From the NCBI GenBank assembly GCA_030620995.1, contig JAUXIK010000003.1:21822-85821 (forward strand): a stretch of DNA of 64,000 nt. The letters run 5' to 3'. Of the stretch, positions 17,393 through 26,530 are shown piece by piece. The notes below the pieces were generated by a model. That model had not been told where the DNA came from and did not search any database. It saw only the letters and a program-made list of their open reading frames with translations. How positions within the stretch are numbered: the first letter of the stretch is position 1; each line of letters opens with the position of its first letter. The stretch comes from Candidatus Aegiribacteria sp. Lineage in GTDB: Bacteria; Fermentibacterota; Fermentibacteria; Fermentibacterales; JCC-6. Both the position numbers and the translations under genes were made by a program.

Positions 17393-18784
17393 ATGAGATT
17401 GAGTTTTCTGAACAGGCATAGTGAATTGAAAAGGCTTGAAAAAGCTTTCAGTGGAAAGGGATCTTCTTTTGTCTGCCTTTACGGCAGGAGAAGATGTGGT
17501 AAAACGCGTCTGTTGAGGGAATCTCTTGAAACAATCACACATGTCTACTATTCCGGTGCAAAGCGTGAGCGCAGTGTGCAGCTCGCCTTACTGGCAAGGG
17601 ATATATCCAGGCTTCTACCAGGATTCGACAGAGTAGAATATCCCGGCTGGGACGAACTGCTCCAGCGATGGTGTAAAGATGCTCCTCCGGGTGCGGTTCT
17701 TGTGCTTGATGAGTTTCCATGGATTGTCGAACAGGCACCGGAGTTGCCCGGAATACTTCAGGAGCACATTGACCATGATTATGATAGTATAAGGCATTTT
17801 GCCGTATGCGGATCATCTCAGAGAGTGATGATGGGACTGCTGCTTGATGCATCCGCACCGCTTTACGGTAGAGCTACCGAGCTTATCAGGCTCGCTCCGA
17901 TGGGAATAGAATATCTCGTGGATGCATTGAAGACATCTACTCCACGCCAATCCCTCGAAAACTGGGCCGTCTGGGGGGGGATACCAAGATACTGGGAGAT
18001 AGCATCAGACTTCGATGACCTGTGGCAGGCGGTATCAGAAGCAGTTCTCGATCCACTTGGAGTATTTCACAGGGAGCCTGAAAATCTTCTTCTGGATGAT
18101 ATGAGAGATCTTGTACAACCGTTATCCATACTGTCCCTGATTGGAAGAGGTTCACATAGATTATCAGAAATAGCCGGAGGACTTGGCAAGAAGGCCACAT
18201 CAATTTCAAGACCCATTTCAAGGCTTCAGGAACTGGATTATGTTGAACGTCGCATACCCTTCGGGCAGTCACCTCTTAAATCGAAGCTAAGCTATTACAA
18301 CCTCAAGGATTCGTTTCTCCGTTTCTGGTTCCGGTTTGTCGAACCGGAGATGTCCCTGCTCGAATCTGGTGGTAAAGATCTTGTGATGAAGTCTATAAGA
18401 ACCTCCTGGAATCAGTATCTCGGGTATGTGTGGGAGGATCTTGTAAGAATCAATCTGCCGCGGATGATAATCGATAATCGGCGCTGGGGGCCCGCTTCAA
18501 GCTGGTGGTCCGGAAGGAGAGAGCGCGGAATAGAACTGGATGTAGTATCAGCAAATCCTGAGAATGACAGGGAGCTTATTATTGGAGAGGTGAAACTCCG
18601 GGTATCCGGGAAAGATATAGAACCCCTGCTCGGAAACCTTCGAAGTAAAGTGAACCACACACCCTTTGCCTCAGGTGCAGAAACCATAAGATACCGGCTG
18701 TTTGTACTTGATAATGATATCAGTCATCCCGAAGTCATTTCAGGAGAACACATCATAACAGCATCCGCGGGGTCAGGTGGCTGA
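17393..18784 (+). CDS. Archaeal-type AAA+ ATPase (ATPase_2/DUF234-like) with winged helix and C-terminal PD-(D/E)XK-like domain
   Basis: F.NR..EL, YGRRRCGKT, LVLDEFP, GGIP.Y, D.FLRFWFRFV, ELDVV...IGEVK. Confidence 0.88.
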   Translation: MRLSFLNRHSELKRLEKAFSGKGSSFVCLYGRRRCGKTRLLRESLETITHVYYSGAKRERSVQLALLARDISRLLPGFDRVEYPGWDELLQRWCKDAPPGAVLVLDEFPWIVEQAPELPGILQEHIDHDYDSIRHFAVCGSSQRVMMGLLLDASAPLYGRATELIRLAPMGIEYLVDALKTSTPRQSLENWAVWGGIPRYWEIASDFDDLWQAVSEAVLDPLGVFHREPENLLLDDMRDLVQPLSILSLIGRGSHRLSEIAGGLGKKATSISRPISRLQELDYVERRIPFGQSPLKSKLSYYNLKDSFLRFWFRFVEPEMSLLESGGKDLVMKSIRTSWNQYLGYVWEDLVRINLPRMIIDNRRWGPASSWWSGRRERGIELDVVSANPENDRELIIGEVKLRVSGKDIEPLLGNLRSKVNHTPFASGAETIRYRLFVLDNDISHPEVISGEHIITASAGSGG

Positions 18785-18825
18785 AGGCGAATTGATCTAT
18801 CAAGTTTCCATTCAACGCATCCCTG

Positions 18826-20736
18826 TTATTTTGCTTCTCTTATAATCTGCTTGGCCTCCGAATAAAGCCTGGCTTTCTGCTGGGCAATGATGAGTTTAAC
18901 ATCAGCCCAGACCAGTCCCTGCGATTCGCCGAATTTCTGAAGAAGGTTCTTCTCACCGCTTGAGAGCCTTCCGTCCGCAAGAACTACCCTTGCCATTGCT
19001 GCGAGAATTTCTCTTGCTTCCTTCTGATTCTGCGGAACAGGGAGTGTTTCCTGTCCGGATGAAACAGTCCGGATTATGCTGGATAATTTGTCTTCCGGGA
19101 TATTTCTTGCTTTCGCGAAAGTCGATAGAGCTTCCATTTCCTTGGCATCTACTTCACCATCAGCGTACATGGCTGATACCATGGATGAAAGAAGAATTTC
19201 GGGTGAAACCAGAGCAGTTCTCTGAATGTCCGTTACGGCCTTTGTTGTTATTCTTGAGGCAGAGAAACGATGTACCGATTCCAGAACCCATGTCTGGCTT
19301 CCATCGTTCAGGGGTCTCCCGCAGTAGTCACATTTCCCCGTACTGCCGCCTTCGTACGGAGCTCCACAGCCCGGACAGTGCGAGGAGCGGAAGCAGTTAT
19401 CAACAGATGTTTTTCTTCCATGCTTTCGAACCAGTGTGTATATCTGTGGTCTGATTGTTTTATAGCCGGTTGATCGAATCCTGCCATCAGCATTACGCTT
19501 TGCGTTAATGCCGGACCATTTTATGAGAATCTCAATTTTGTCCATTCTATTCGGAGTACCTGGAATGATGCTTTGAACTTCCACCGTTCCAACAGCGGCG
19601 TCCTTGAAGAAGAGCCATCCCTCATCGGTCTTTGTATTAGAAAGTTGTTTGCTGAAACTTTCAATGAAAGAGGGAAGAGCAATTTTCCTTGAGGCGGAAA
19701 CGTCACCTGTGAACCAGGATTTTATCAGACGCCAGAAAATTACAGAGGTTCTGTCTTCGATGTGCTGGATGTTAAATCCTGGATCCAGCGACATCATGCT
19801 TTCCTGGCCCGGGATCATGGTTATATCGGATACTACGTTCCACTCGACGGATTGAGTTATTTCTGCCAGTACCCAGTCGTATTCTCCACTTGTCAGAATT
19901 GAGTCACAGTTTGCGCATTTGCCTGTATCGCTGAGTTCAAGCGCAGCTCCGCAGTTGGGACAGAATCCATCTACAAGCCCTTTACCTTTCAGAGTCTGAG
20001 CTCCCGGTTTTCGAAGGAAACTCCAGTATTCGGTGAATGAAGCAGATGAGTTTTTCCTGATTCTCTTTCCGGTTGAAAGATTTACATCAGAGTCATCAGC
20101 TCTGGCGTTTATTTCCACATGGATCGTGTCGAAATGCGAATCGCTGAAAACACCTACTATCTTCGAGCTCTGGACAACTATGTTTTCCATCAGGTTGCGA
20201 TAGCCTTCAGCTTTCTGCATTTCTATCTGCAGGCTGAATCTTTCATTTATTCCATCGGAAATGAACTGATTCACTTTTCCCAGATCCTGACAGGACCATG
20301 CCTCCTGAAGGGCAATGAAAGCTTTATTGGTTTTCTGGAGAAAAGCTTCCTTTGTAAATCCCCCATCGCGCTGTTTCAATGCACTCAGCGCTTCCTGCAT
20401 CTTCTGTTGTTCCTGCTGTTTGTTCAGTTTTCTCGCACGGGTAATTGTGTGAGTTTCTAATCCTCCCTTTGCTTTCTTTCCAAACTTAATCATTAGAACG
20501 ATCACTACAATCAGCAGTGGAATTCCAATAAGTGGTTTGTGAATAGCAAGGCGGATAAGAAGATAGAAAAGGTATCCTGAACCACCGGAGCCGCCGCTTC
20601 CTCCACCGCCTCCGCTGGAACCTCCATAGCTTCCTCCGCCTCCTGCTCTGGCGAAAGAAATTGAAGTAAGAATGAGCAGAACAGCAATGATAAAAAGCAG
20701 TAACAGTCCGTTTCTGTTTCGACCGGGAAGCAACAC
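18826..20736 (-). CDS. Membrane-anchored protein with two Tim44-like domains, Zn ribbons and a TerB-like C-terminus
   Basis: Signal peptide + RAGGGGS Gly-rich linker + TM; LQEAW, FTEYWSFLR, CPNCGA..CANC, CPGCGA..CDYC, ADGEVDAKE / ADGRLSSGE; AAGGAGG before GTG 20736. Confidence 0.78.
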   Translation of the reverse strand: MLLPGRNRNGLLLLFIIAVLLILTSISFARAGGGGSYGGSSGGGGGSGGSGGSGYLFYLLIRLAIHKPLIGIPLLIVVIVLMIKFGKKAKGGLETHTITRARKLNKQQEQQKMQEALSALKQRDGGFTKEAFLQKTNKAFIALQEAWSCQDLGKVNQFISDGINERFSLQIEMQKAEGYRNLMENIVVQSSKIVGVFSDSHFDTIHVEINARADDSDVNLSTGKRIRKNSSASFTEYWSFLRKPGAQTLKGKGLVDGFCPNCGAALELSDTGKCANCDSILTSGEYDWVLAEITQSVEWNVVSDITMIPGQESMMSLDPGFNIQHIEDRTSVIFWRLIKSWFTGDVSASRKIALPSFIESFSKQLSNTKTDEGWLFFKDAAVGTVEVQSIIPGTPNRMDKIEILIKWSGINAKRNADGRIRSTGYKTIRPQIYTLVRKHGRKTSVDNCFRSSHCPGCGAPYEGGSTGKCDYCGRPLNDGSQTWVLESVHRFSASRITTKAVTDIQRTALVSPEILLSSMVSAMYADGEVDAKEMEALSTFAKARNIPEDKLSSIIRTVSSGQETLPVPQNQKEAREILAAMARVVLADGRLSSGEKNLLQKFGESQGLVWADVKLIIAQQKARLYSEAKQIIREAK

Positions 20737-20902
20737 AATTACCCTCCTTGAAAAACCATGATATCTCTTGAATGCTATAGTGTATATTTTTATCATGTAT
20801 GTGTCCATAGAAGAATTTCAGTAGACTTCGTATTGTTGACGTACAGGTATACTTTATATTCTGTAGAATATGACCGGCAAAAACACAGAAAGGATTCTTC
20901 AT

Positions 20903-21346
20903 ATGCGCATTTTTCTAATTATTGCATCGGGTTTGACATTACTGATATCCTGCGGAGGATCACCGGCTCCGGGAGAATCTGATTCTCCTCCTGAGGAAGA
21001 GATCGTATCCGGTATTGCAGAGTTTACCGACACAGCTGCGTTGGAAGATACACTTATCATGGTTTCCGAAAATGAAGAGATTACTAATGCTGAAGGACCT
21101 GATGGGGCCTGGACAACAACAATGGGGGTAATGGAGTTCAGTACTGACAACCAAGGGTATGTGAATGGTGTTTATCCTCTTGGAACCATTGATGGTGAGC
21201 TTGATGGAACTGTCCTGGAATTTACATACTCAGAAGGTGCATTGGAAGGCACCGGATCTTTCATCTTCAATGAGGAATTCAGTTCTTTCCAGGGGATTCA
21301 GGATATCGCAGGTACTGAACTCATCTGGAACGGTCAGAGGATGTAG
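20903..21346 (+). CDS. Hypothetical lipoprotein
   Basis: MRIFLIIASGLTLLISC lipobox; acidic linker; small beta-rich domain. Confidence 0.65.
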   Translation: MRIFLIIASGLTLLISCGGSPAPGESDSPPEEEIVSGIAEFTDTAALEDTLIMVSENEEITNAEGPDGAWTTTMGVMEFSTDNQGYVNGVYPLGTIDGELDGTVLEFTYSEGALEGTGSFIFNEEFSSFQGIQDIAGTELIWNGQRM

Positions 21347-21349
21347 TAA

Positions 21350-22537
21350 ATGAATTTGCGATTGACAATTCCGGAAGAACTGCGGAAAAGAGCTGTTTCC
21401 ATCAGAGGTGACATCCCGCTTCCTCTCTCATCCTTGATGATAAGAACTGCATGGGATCCGGTCATATCCAGATTGGAGGAGTTCAGATCGGGGAAAACTG
21501 TTACTCTCGTGGTTAATGACTCAACCAGGCCGGCGTCATTTCGCATGCTGGCTCCGATTGAACAGGAACTCTGCGGTAATGTAAGAATCCTTTTCGCAAC
21601 CGGGACGCACCGCCCGGTTACACCCGAAGAGAAAAACCTGCTTCTGGGAGGATTATTTCCTGAAGCTCCATGGAAGAATTCTGATTGTGATTCAAGTGAA
21701 ATGATCTTCATCGGCAGGACATCAAGAGGTACACCGGTAAGTATTGATCCGTGGATTCTTGATGGAAACCCTGTGGTGTCCGTGAATTCCGTCGAGCCTC
21801 ATTATTTCGCAGGATACACCGGCGGCAGAAAATCATTCATTCCCGGGGTATCGGCGAGAGAGACAATAGTCTTGAATCATTTTCTGGCCTGTCTGCCAGG
21901 GGCCATGCCCGGAGAGCTCAATGATAATCCGGTCCATCTTGATATGATGGAAGCGCTTGAGTTGATTGAAAAACACGTTGAAATCGTGCAGGGAAACGGC
22001 GTAGTGCATGACGGTGAACTTGTGCATTTCGTAACGGGATCCTGTGAAGCATCATTCATGGCTGCTGTAGACGCCTGTTCCCGGTTATCTACTCTTGAAG
22101 AAACCGCTAAATCAGCTGTTGTCGTTCTTCATCCCGGCACTCCGCTGGATGTAAGTTTGTACCAGTCGGAAAAAGCGATATACAATTGTCATTCCCTCGT
22201 TGAGGATGGAGGCGTTCTTCTGCTTGTAAGTTCTTGCACGGAAGGACTTGGAGCAGATCACATGGAAAAGGCCTTCAAAGCCTCAATGGATTCCGGCTGG
22301 GTAGTACCGGAGATTGATCAGTACAACCTGGGAGATCACTCGATTGTTAGATTGACGGACATGAGAAAGAGAATCCGCTTTGCTCTGGCAAGCGGTCTTC
22401 CGGACGCGATTGTTTCCGGAATGGGTATTGAGCCGGTGCATGATATAGAGGATTGGCTGCGACAACAGGGATGTTTCAATCCTCTGTTTGTTCCGCGGGC
22501 AGGCTTTGTTGTACCTTTGCCTGAGAAAGATGCTTAA
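21350..22537 (+). CDS. Lactate racemase LarA-family protein
   Basis: NDSTRP, ATGTHRP, EPHYFAGYTGGRKS..PG, NH motifs. Confidence 0.82.
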   Translation: MNLRLTIPEELRKRAVSIRGDIPLPLSSLMIRTAWDPVISRLEEFRSGKTVTLVVNDSTRPASFRMLAPIEQELCGNVRILFATGTHRPVTPEEKNLLLGGLFPEAPWKNSDCDSSEMIFIGRTSRGTPVSIDPWILDGNPVVSVNSVEPHYFAGYTGGRKSFIPGVSARETIVLNHFLACLPGAMPGELNDNPVHLDMMEALELIEKHVEIVQGNGVVHDGELVHFVTGSCEASFMAAVDACSRLSTLEETAKSAVVVLHPGTPLDVSLYQSEKAIYNCHSLVEDGGVLLLVSSCTEGLGADHMEKAFKASMDSGWVVPEIDQYNLGDHSIVRLTDMRKRIRFALASGLPDAIVSGMGIEPVHDIEDWLRQQGCFNPLFVPRAGFVVPLPEKDA

Positions 22538-23909
22538 CATGTGGAATTTCAGAACAAGAATCTTACCTATGCTTGCTTCAGGTATTCTGATCTGGGTTTT
22601 CTTTCTGTACAGCCACAATCTCGTATCAAGGCTTGAAGAGACAAGAGCAAGCGCGAATGAAACAATAGCCTGGTTCTGGGCAGGTACTCAGGTTCCCATG
22701 AGCAGATTATCAGAACTGGGGTCATTGATTGTATGTTCCCGATGCGGATCCTCCGAACCATTGGAAACAGTTCTGCATGATACGACTATTTCTCGTTTCT
22801 GCCGGAAATGCGGCGAAGAAACGGAATGGTACGTAGTTTCTATTGTTGATCTCGAAGAGAGACAGATGATCTCCAGGAAAACAAGTGCTTTGTTTCAGGA
22901 ACTGGTGAACAGGCTGGAATACTATACAATCCTTTCCGATCAATTCATGGTACCCCAGGTAGTTAACGGAATTGCCGTTCCTGATACGATTAATGAGGAT
23001 GATATGAAATTGTATCAGGAAATGATAAAAGCACTCGATGAGTTTAATCCACCAGTTCCTATTGAAGGGGCTTCTGGAGAAATCATTGGATATCTTCATT
23101 ATGGATCGGATGATCTTTCCAGGGAATTGACACTGGTGCCGTACGTCGAACTTGGAATGCTTATTCTTCTGGCCTTTCTTTTCATGTATGTGATCAGGTT
23201 TGAGATGAAAAGAGAAAAGGAGTTATCCTGGGTGGGATTCGCCAAGGAAACAGCTCACCAGATAAGTACTCCGCTAACCTCTCTGATGGGATGGCTGGAA
23301 CTTCTTCATGAGAGACCTGAATCAAAAACGGACAATGAGTTTTCCGAGGCTCTTGAATACATTGAAAACGATGTTGACAGATTGAAGCAGATTGCCAACA
23401 GATATGGTCAGATGGGAAAAAAGCCCAAACTTGAGAATAATCTTGTTAATCCGATAATACTTGATACCGTTCATTACTTCTATGGGCGCCCCGGATTGAT
23501 AAATGAAGGGATCAGACTGGAGACAGATCTTCGCTCGGAGCAGACAGTGTATCTCAACAGTGTATTGTTTGGCTGGGTTATGGAAAACCTGCTCAAGAAT
23601 TCGCTTGCATCACTCGGTTCGATGAAATCAGGAGTAATAATGATAACTTCCATAGATATCGAGGAAGGCTCCGGACTGGTCGAAATTGAAATCGCGGATG
23701 ACGGAAAAGGCATTCCCTTCCGTGATCAGAAAAAAATATTCAACGCCGGTTTCAGTACAAGACGCGGTGGGTGGGGCCTTGGACTCACTCTCAGTAAGAG
23801 AATTATTGACGAATATCACGATGGGAGCATTCGTCTCAGGGCAAGTTCACCGGGAAAGGGAACAACCTTTACAATAGTGCTTCCAGCTGTGCCAAAAGGT
23901 GAAGAATGA
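22530..23909 (+). CDS. Membrane sensor histidine kinase
   Basis: Two TM segments, AKETAHQISTPL H-box, ENLLKNS, DDGKG, GWGLGL. Confidence 0.9.
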   Translation: MLNMWNFRTRILPMLASGILIWVFFLYSHNLVSRLEETRASANETIAWFWAGTQVPMSRLSELGSLIVCSRCGSSEPLETVLHDTTISRFCRKCGEETEWYVVSIVDLEERQMISRKTSALFQELVNRLEYYTILSDQFMVPQVVNGIAVPDTINEDDMKLYQEMIKALDEFNPPVPIEGASGEIIGYLHYGSDDLSRELTLVPYVELGMLILLAFLFMYVIRFEMKREKELSWVGFAKETAHQISTPLTSLMGWLELLHERPESKTDNEFSEALEYIENDVDRLKQIANRYGQMGKKPKLENNLVNPIILDTVHYFYGRPGLINEGIRLETDLRSEQTVYLNSVLFGWVMENLLKNSLASLGSMKSGVIMITSIDIEEGSGLVEIEIADDGKGIPFRDQKKIFNAGFSTRRGGWGLGLTLSKRIIDEYHDGSIRLRASSPGKGTTFTIVLPAVPKGEE

Positions 23910-25462
23910 TAACTGTACTATGGGTGGATGATGAAATAGCGCACCTCCAGAGTCATATACGATTCCTCGAGAAGCATGGATATAAAGTCCTGACTGCAAG
24001 CAGCGGGAATACAGCACTTGATTTATTGAGAAAAAATCGGGTTGATATAGTTCTGATGGATCAGATGATGGTGGGAATGGACGGACTGGAAACTGTTTCT
24101 ATCCTGCGAAAAAATTACCATGCACTTCCCGTTGTTATGGTTACTCAGAGCGAAGAAGAAGAACTGATGGATCTTGCTATCGGTGGTGAGATAGATGATT
24201 ACCTGACCAAACCTGTCAATCCCAGTCAGATACTCCTTGTGATAAAAAGACTGGTAATGGGAACAAGGTTGAAAACTCAGAGAGCCACAAGAGAGATTGT
24301 CGACCATACCGCCAGGATCATGGACATACGAAGTCATGAGATGGACTGGCGGGAATGGGTGAGTATCTACAGATCATGGGTGGAGATGGATGTCGCATCC
24401 AAAGGTTCTCTTGCCGATGAAATGAAGACAGTTCAGAAAAGCAGGTTCGATGATCTTGCAATGGACTTCTCAAAACATGTTGAGCACAGCTTTCCTGACT
24501 GGATTGCCGGTACAGGTTCTGATTCACCATTAATGTCTCATAATTATCTTGAAAGAGTAGTTACTCCTCAACTGGAATCATCAAGTGAACTCGTTATGAT
24601 CATTATTGACTGCATGCGGTATGACCAGTGGCTGACGATGGCGCCTGTACTGGAAAAATGGTTTCATATTGAGACTGAGTTCATGTTGACAGTACTTCCC
24701 TCAGCCACGCCTTACAGCCGAAATTCTATTTTTGCAGGTCTGCTTCCACGTGATATATGGAGATTTCATCGTCACAGATGGGTTGAGCATTACGGTGTTC
24801 CAGGATTGAACAGGCACGAACATGAATTCCTGTCTGAAGCATTGAAACGGCTTGGATGCAAAAGACATTCTAATCCGGATTACGTAAAGGTCAGTAACAG
24901 GAGAGAGGGAGAAGTTCTTCTACATTCACTTTCCCGGCATTTGCAGAATGGATTTCTTGCGATTGTTGTCAATTATATTGATCATCTTACTCACGGAAGG
25001 TCTGAACTTGATCTAATACGTGATCTTGCTCCGGACGTAGCCAGTTTTCGAAGTCTTGCCGGAACGTGGTTTAAATCTTCATTTCTCAAGATTCTGTTTC
25101 AGACACTTGCCGCACGGGGAGCCACCGTACTTGTTACCAGCGATCATGGTTCTGTTTTTACAACCAGAGATACCAGGATCAGGGGCAGGGGAGTATCAGG
25201 CAGTATAAGATACAGATATGGAAGCAACATGTCTGTGGATTCCAGAACGGCAATAACTATCAGAAAACCCGCGGAATGGGGTTTGCCGGATGATACTCCG
25301 GCAAAAAATTATCTGTTTGCGAGGTCTGACTATTTCATGATGTTTCAGAATGTACCCCGTAGTGAATTACAGAAATTCAGAAGCACTTTCCAGCATGGCG
25401 GTGTATCTCTTGAAGAAATGATAGTTCCAAGCATCGTTCTGAAGCCAAAGAATATGAAATGA
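23906..25462 (+). CDS. porX: PorX-like response regulator with PglZ/alkaline-phosphatase domain
   Basis: WVDDE REC; IIDCMRYDQW, LPSATPYSRNSIF, IDHLTH, TSDHG, FQHGG; followed by tsaE. Confidence 0.85.
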   Translation: MITVLWVDDEIAHLQSHIRFLEKHGYKVLTASSGNTALDLLRKNRVDIVLMDQMMVGMDGLETVSILRKNYHALPVVMVTQSEEEELMDLAIGGEIDDYLTKPVNPSQILLVIKRLVMGTRLKTQRATREIVDHTARIMDIRSHEMDWREWVSIYRSWVEMDVASKGSLADEMKTVQKSRFDDLAMDFSKHVEHSFPDWIAGTGSDSPLMSHNYLERVVTPQLESSSELVMIIIDCMRYDQWLTMAPVLEKWFHIETEFMLTVLPSATPYSRNSIFAGLLPRDIWRFHRHRWVEHYGVPGLNRHEHEFLSEALKRLGCKRHSNPDYVKVSNRREGEVLLHSLSRHLQNGFLAIVVNYIDHLTHGRSELDLIRDLAPDVASFRSLAGTWFKSSFLKILFQTLAARGATVLVTSDHGSVFTTRDTRIRGRGVSGSIRYRYGSNMSVDSRTAITIRKPAEWGLPDDTPAKNYLFARSDYFMMFQNVPRSELQKFRSTFQHGGVSLEEMIVPSIVLKPKNMK

Positions 25463-25884
25463 TGAACCAAATTGACCTTGAACATCTTGCAGAGGAAATT
25501 GCTCTTAGCATGTGCCCCGGAGACAATATTTTCCTTGCAGGTGATCTTGGAGCCGGCAAATCGGTATTCGCGAGAGCTGTGCTCAGAACACTCGGAGTAA
25601 CAGGTAGTATTCCAAGCCCCAGTTTCATAGTTGACGCGGTTTACTTCGCCGGAAACAATGAAATCCATCATATTGACCTTTACCGACTTGAGGGAGCCCA
25701 TCGCGAGTTACAATCCTTTGGCATCCTGGAAGCGCTTGATTCAAGTTCACTGGCAGTTGTAGAATGGGCGGATCGGCTTGAAGAAGAGATTCTGGACAAT
25801 GGAGTACTGATAAACATCGGTTTTACAGATGATCCGAATCTGAGAGAGGTGGTCGTAGATGACCGGCGTCTGGCTCGGAATTGA
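25459..25884 (+). CDS. tsaE: t6A biosynthesis ATPase
   Basis: GDLGAGKS, SPSF, HIDLYRL, VEWAD. Confidence 0.93.
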   Translation: MMNQIDLEHLAEEIALSMCPGDNIFLAGDLGAGKSVFARAVLRTLGVTGSIPSPSFIVDAVYFAGNNEIHHIDLYRLEGAHRELQSFGILEALDSSSLAVVEWADRLEEEILDNGVLINIGFTDDPNLREVVVDDRRLARN

Positions 25885-26530
25885 AACAACAACCTCCACG
25901 GGAGGTGTTGCGCTTGTCAGGGATGGGAAACTTGTTGCCGAGGAATATCTGCCTGTTATTGCTGTTCATTCTGAAAAAGTTCTGCCGTGCATATCAAACC
26001 TCCTGGAAAGAACAGAGATTTCCCCCGAGGAGATCTCAGGAATCGCGGTTTCTTCCGGTCCGGGGTCCTACACCGGTTTAAGAATCGGTATTGCTACAGC
26101 CATCGGTCTGTCTGCAGGCTGGGAGATCGGTCTGAAAGGTGTTGAGACTCTCAGGGTTCTGGCTTCATCAGTTACTTCTGAGCGTCCTGTTCTGGCGTGT
26201 ATCAGAGCCAGACAATCTGAAGTTTATGCCGCGCTGTATGAAAGCAGTTCTCCCGATGCCGGGGTTCTTATCCCCCCGGGGGTTTATATGGTTTCAGCAC
26301 TTTTGAAGGAATTATCAACAGGAGATGAATTGACTGCTGTCGGAAGTGGAAGAAGTGAGATCTCGCTTTCTGATTCAGTACTGTGGGCGCCCGAACTATG
26401 GGATATTCCCAGGCCATCTCTTGTTGCTCTGATTGGCAGTATCAGGACTGGAGCCGAGGGATTCGACAGGACCATAACTCCAGTCTATCTGCGGGGTTTC
26501 AACGAGAAGGCGAAGAGCAGTGTGCGCTGA
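25859..26530 (+). CDS. tsaB: t6A biosynthesis protein
   Basis: LGIETTT, HSE, GPGSYTGLRIG, P.YLR. Confidence 0.93.
   Translation: MTGVWLGIETTTSTGGVALVRDGKLVAEEYLPVIAVHSEKVLPCISNLLERTEISPEEISGIAVSSGPGSYTGLRIGIATAIGLSAGWEIGLKGVETLRVLASSVTSERPVLACIRARQSEVYAALYESSSPDAGVLIPPGVYMVSALLKELSTGDELTAVGSGRSEISLSDSVLWAPELWDIPRPSLVALIGSIRTGAEGFDRTITPVYLRGFNEKAKSSVR

Noticed and set aside
20580-20650. Low-complexity ccgcct repeats
   Set aside because: They encode the Gly/Ser linker of the Tim44-domain protein
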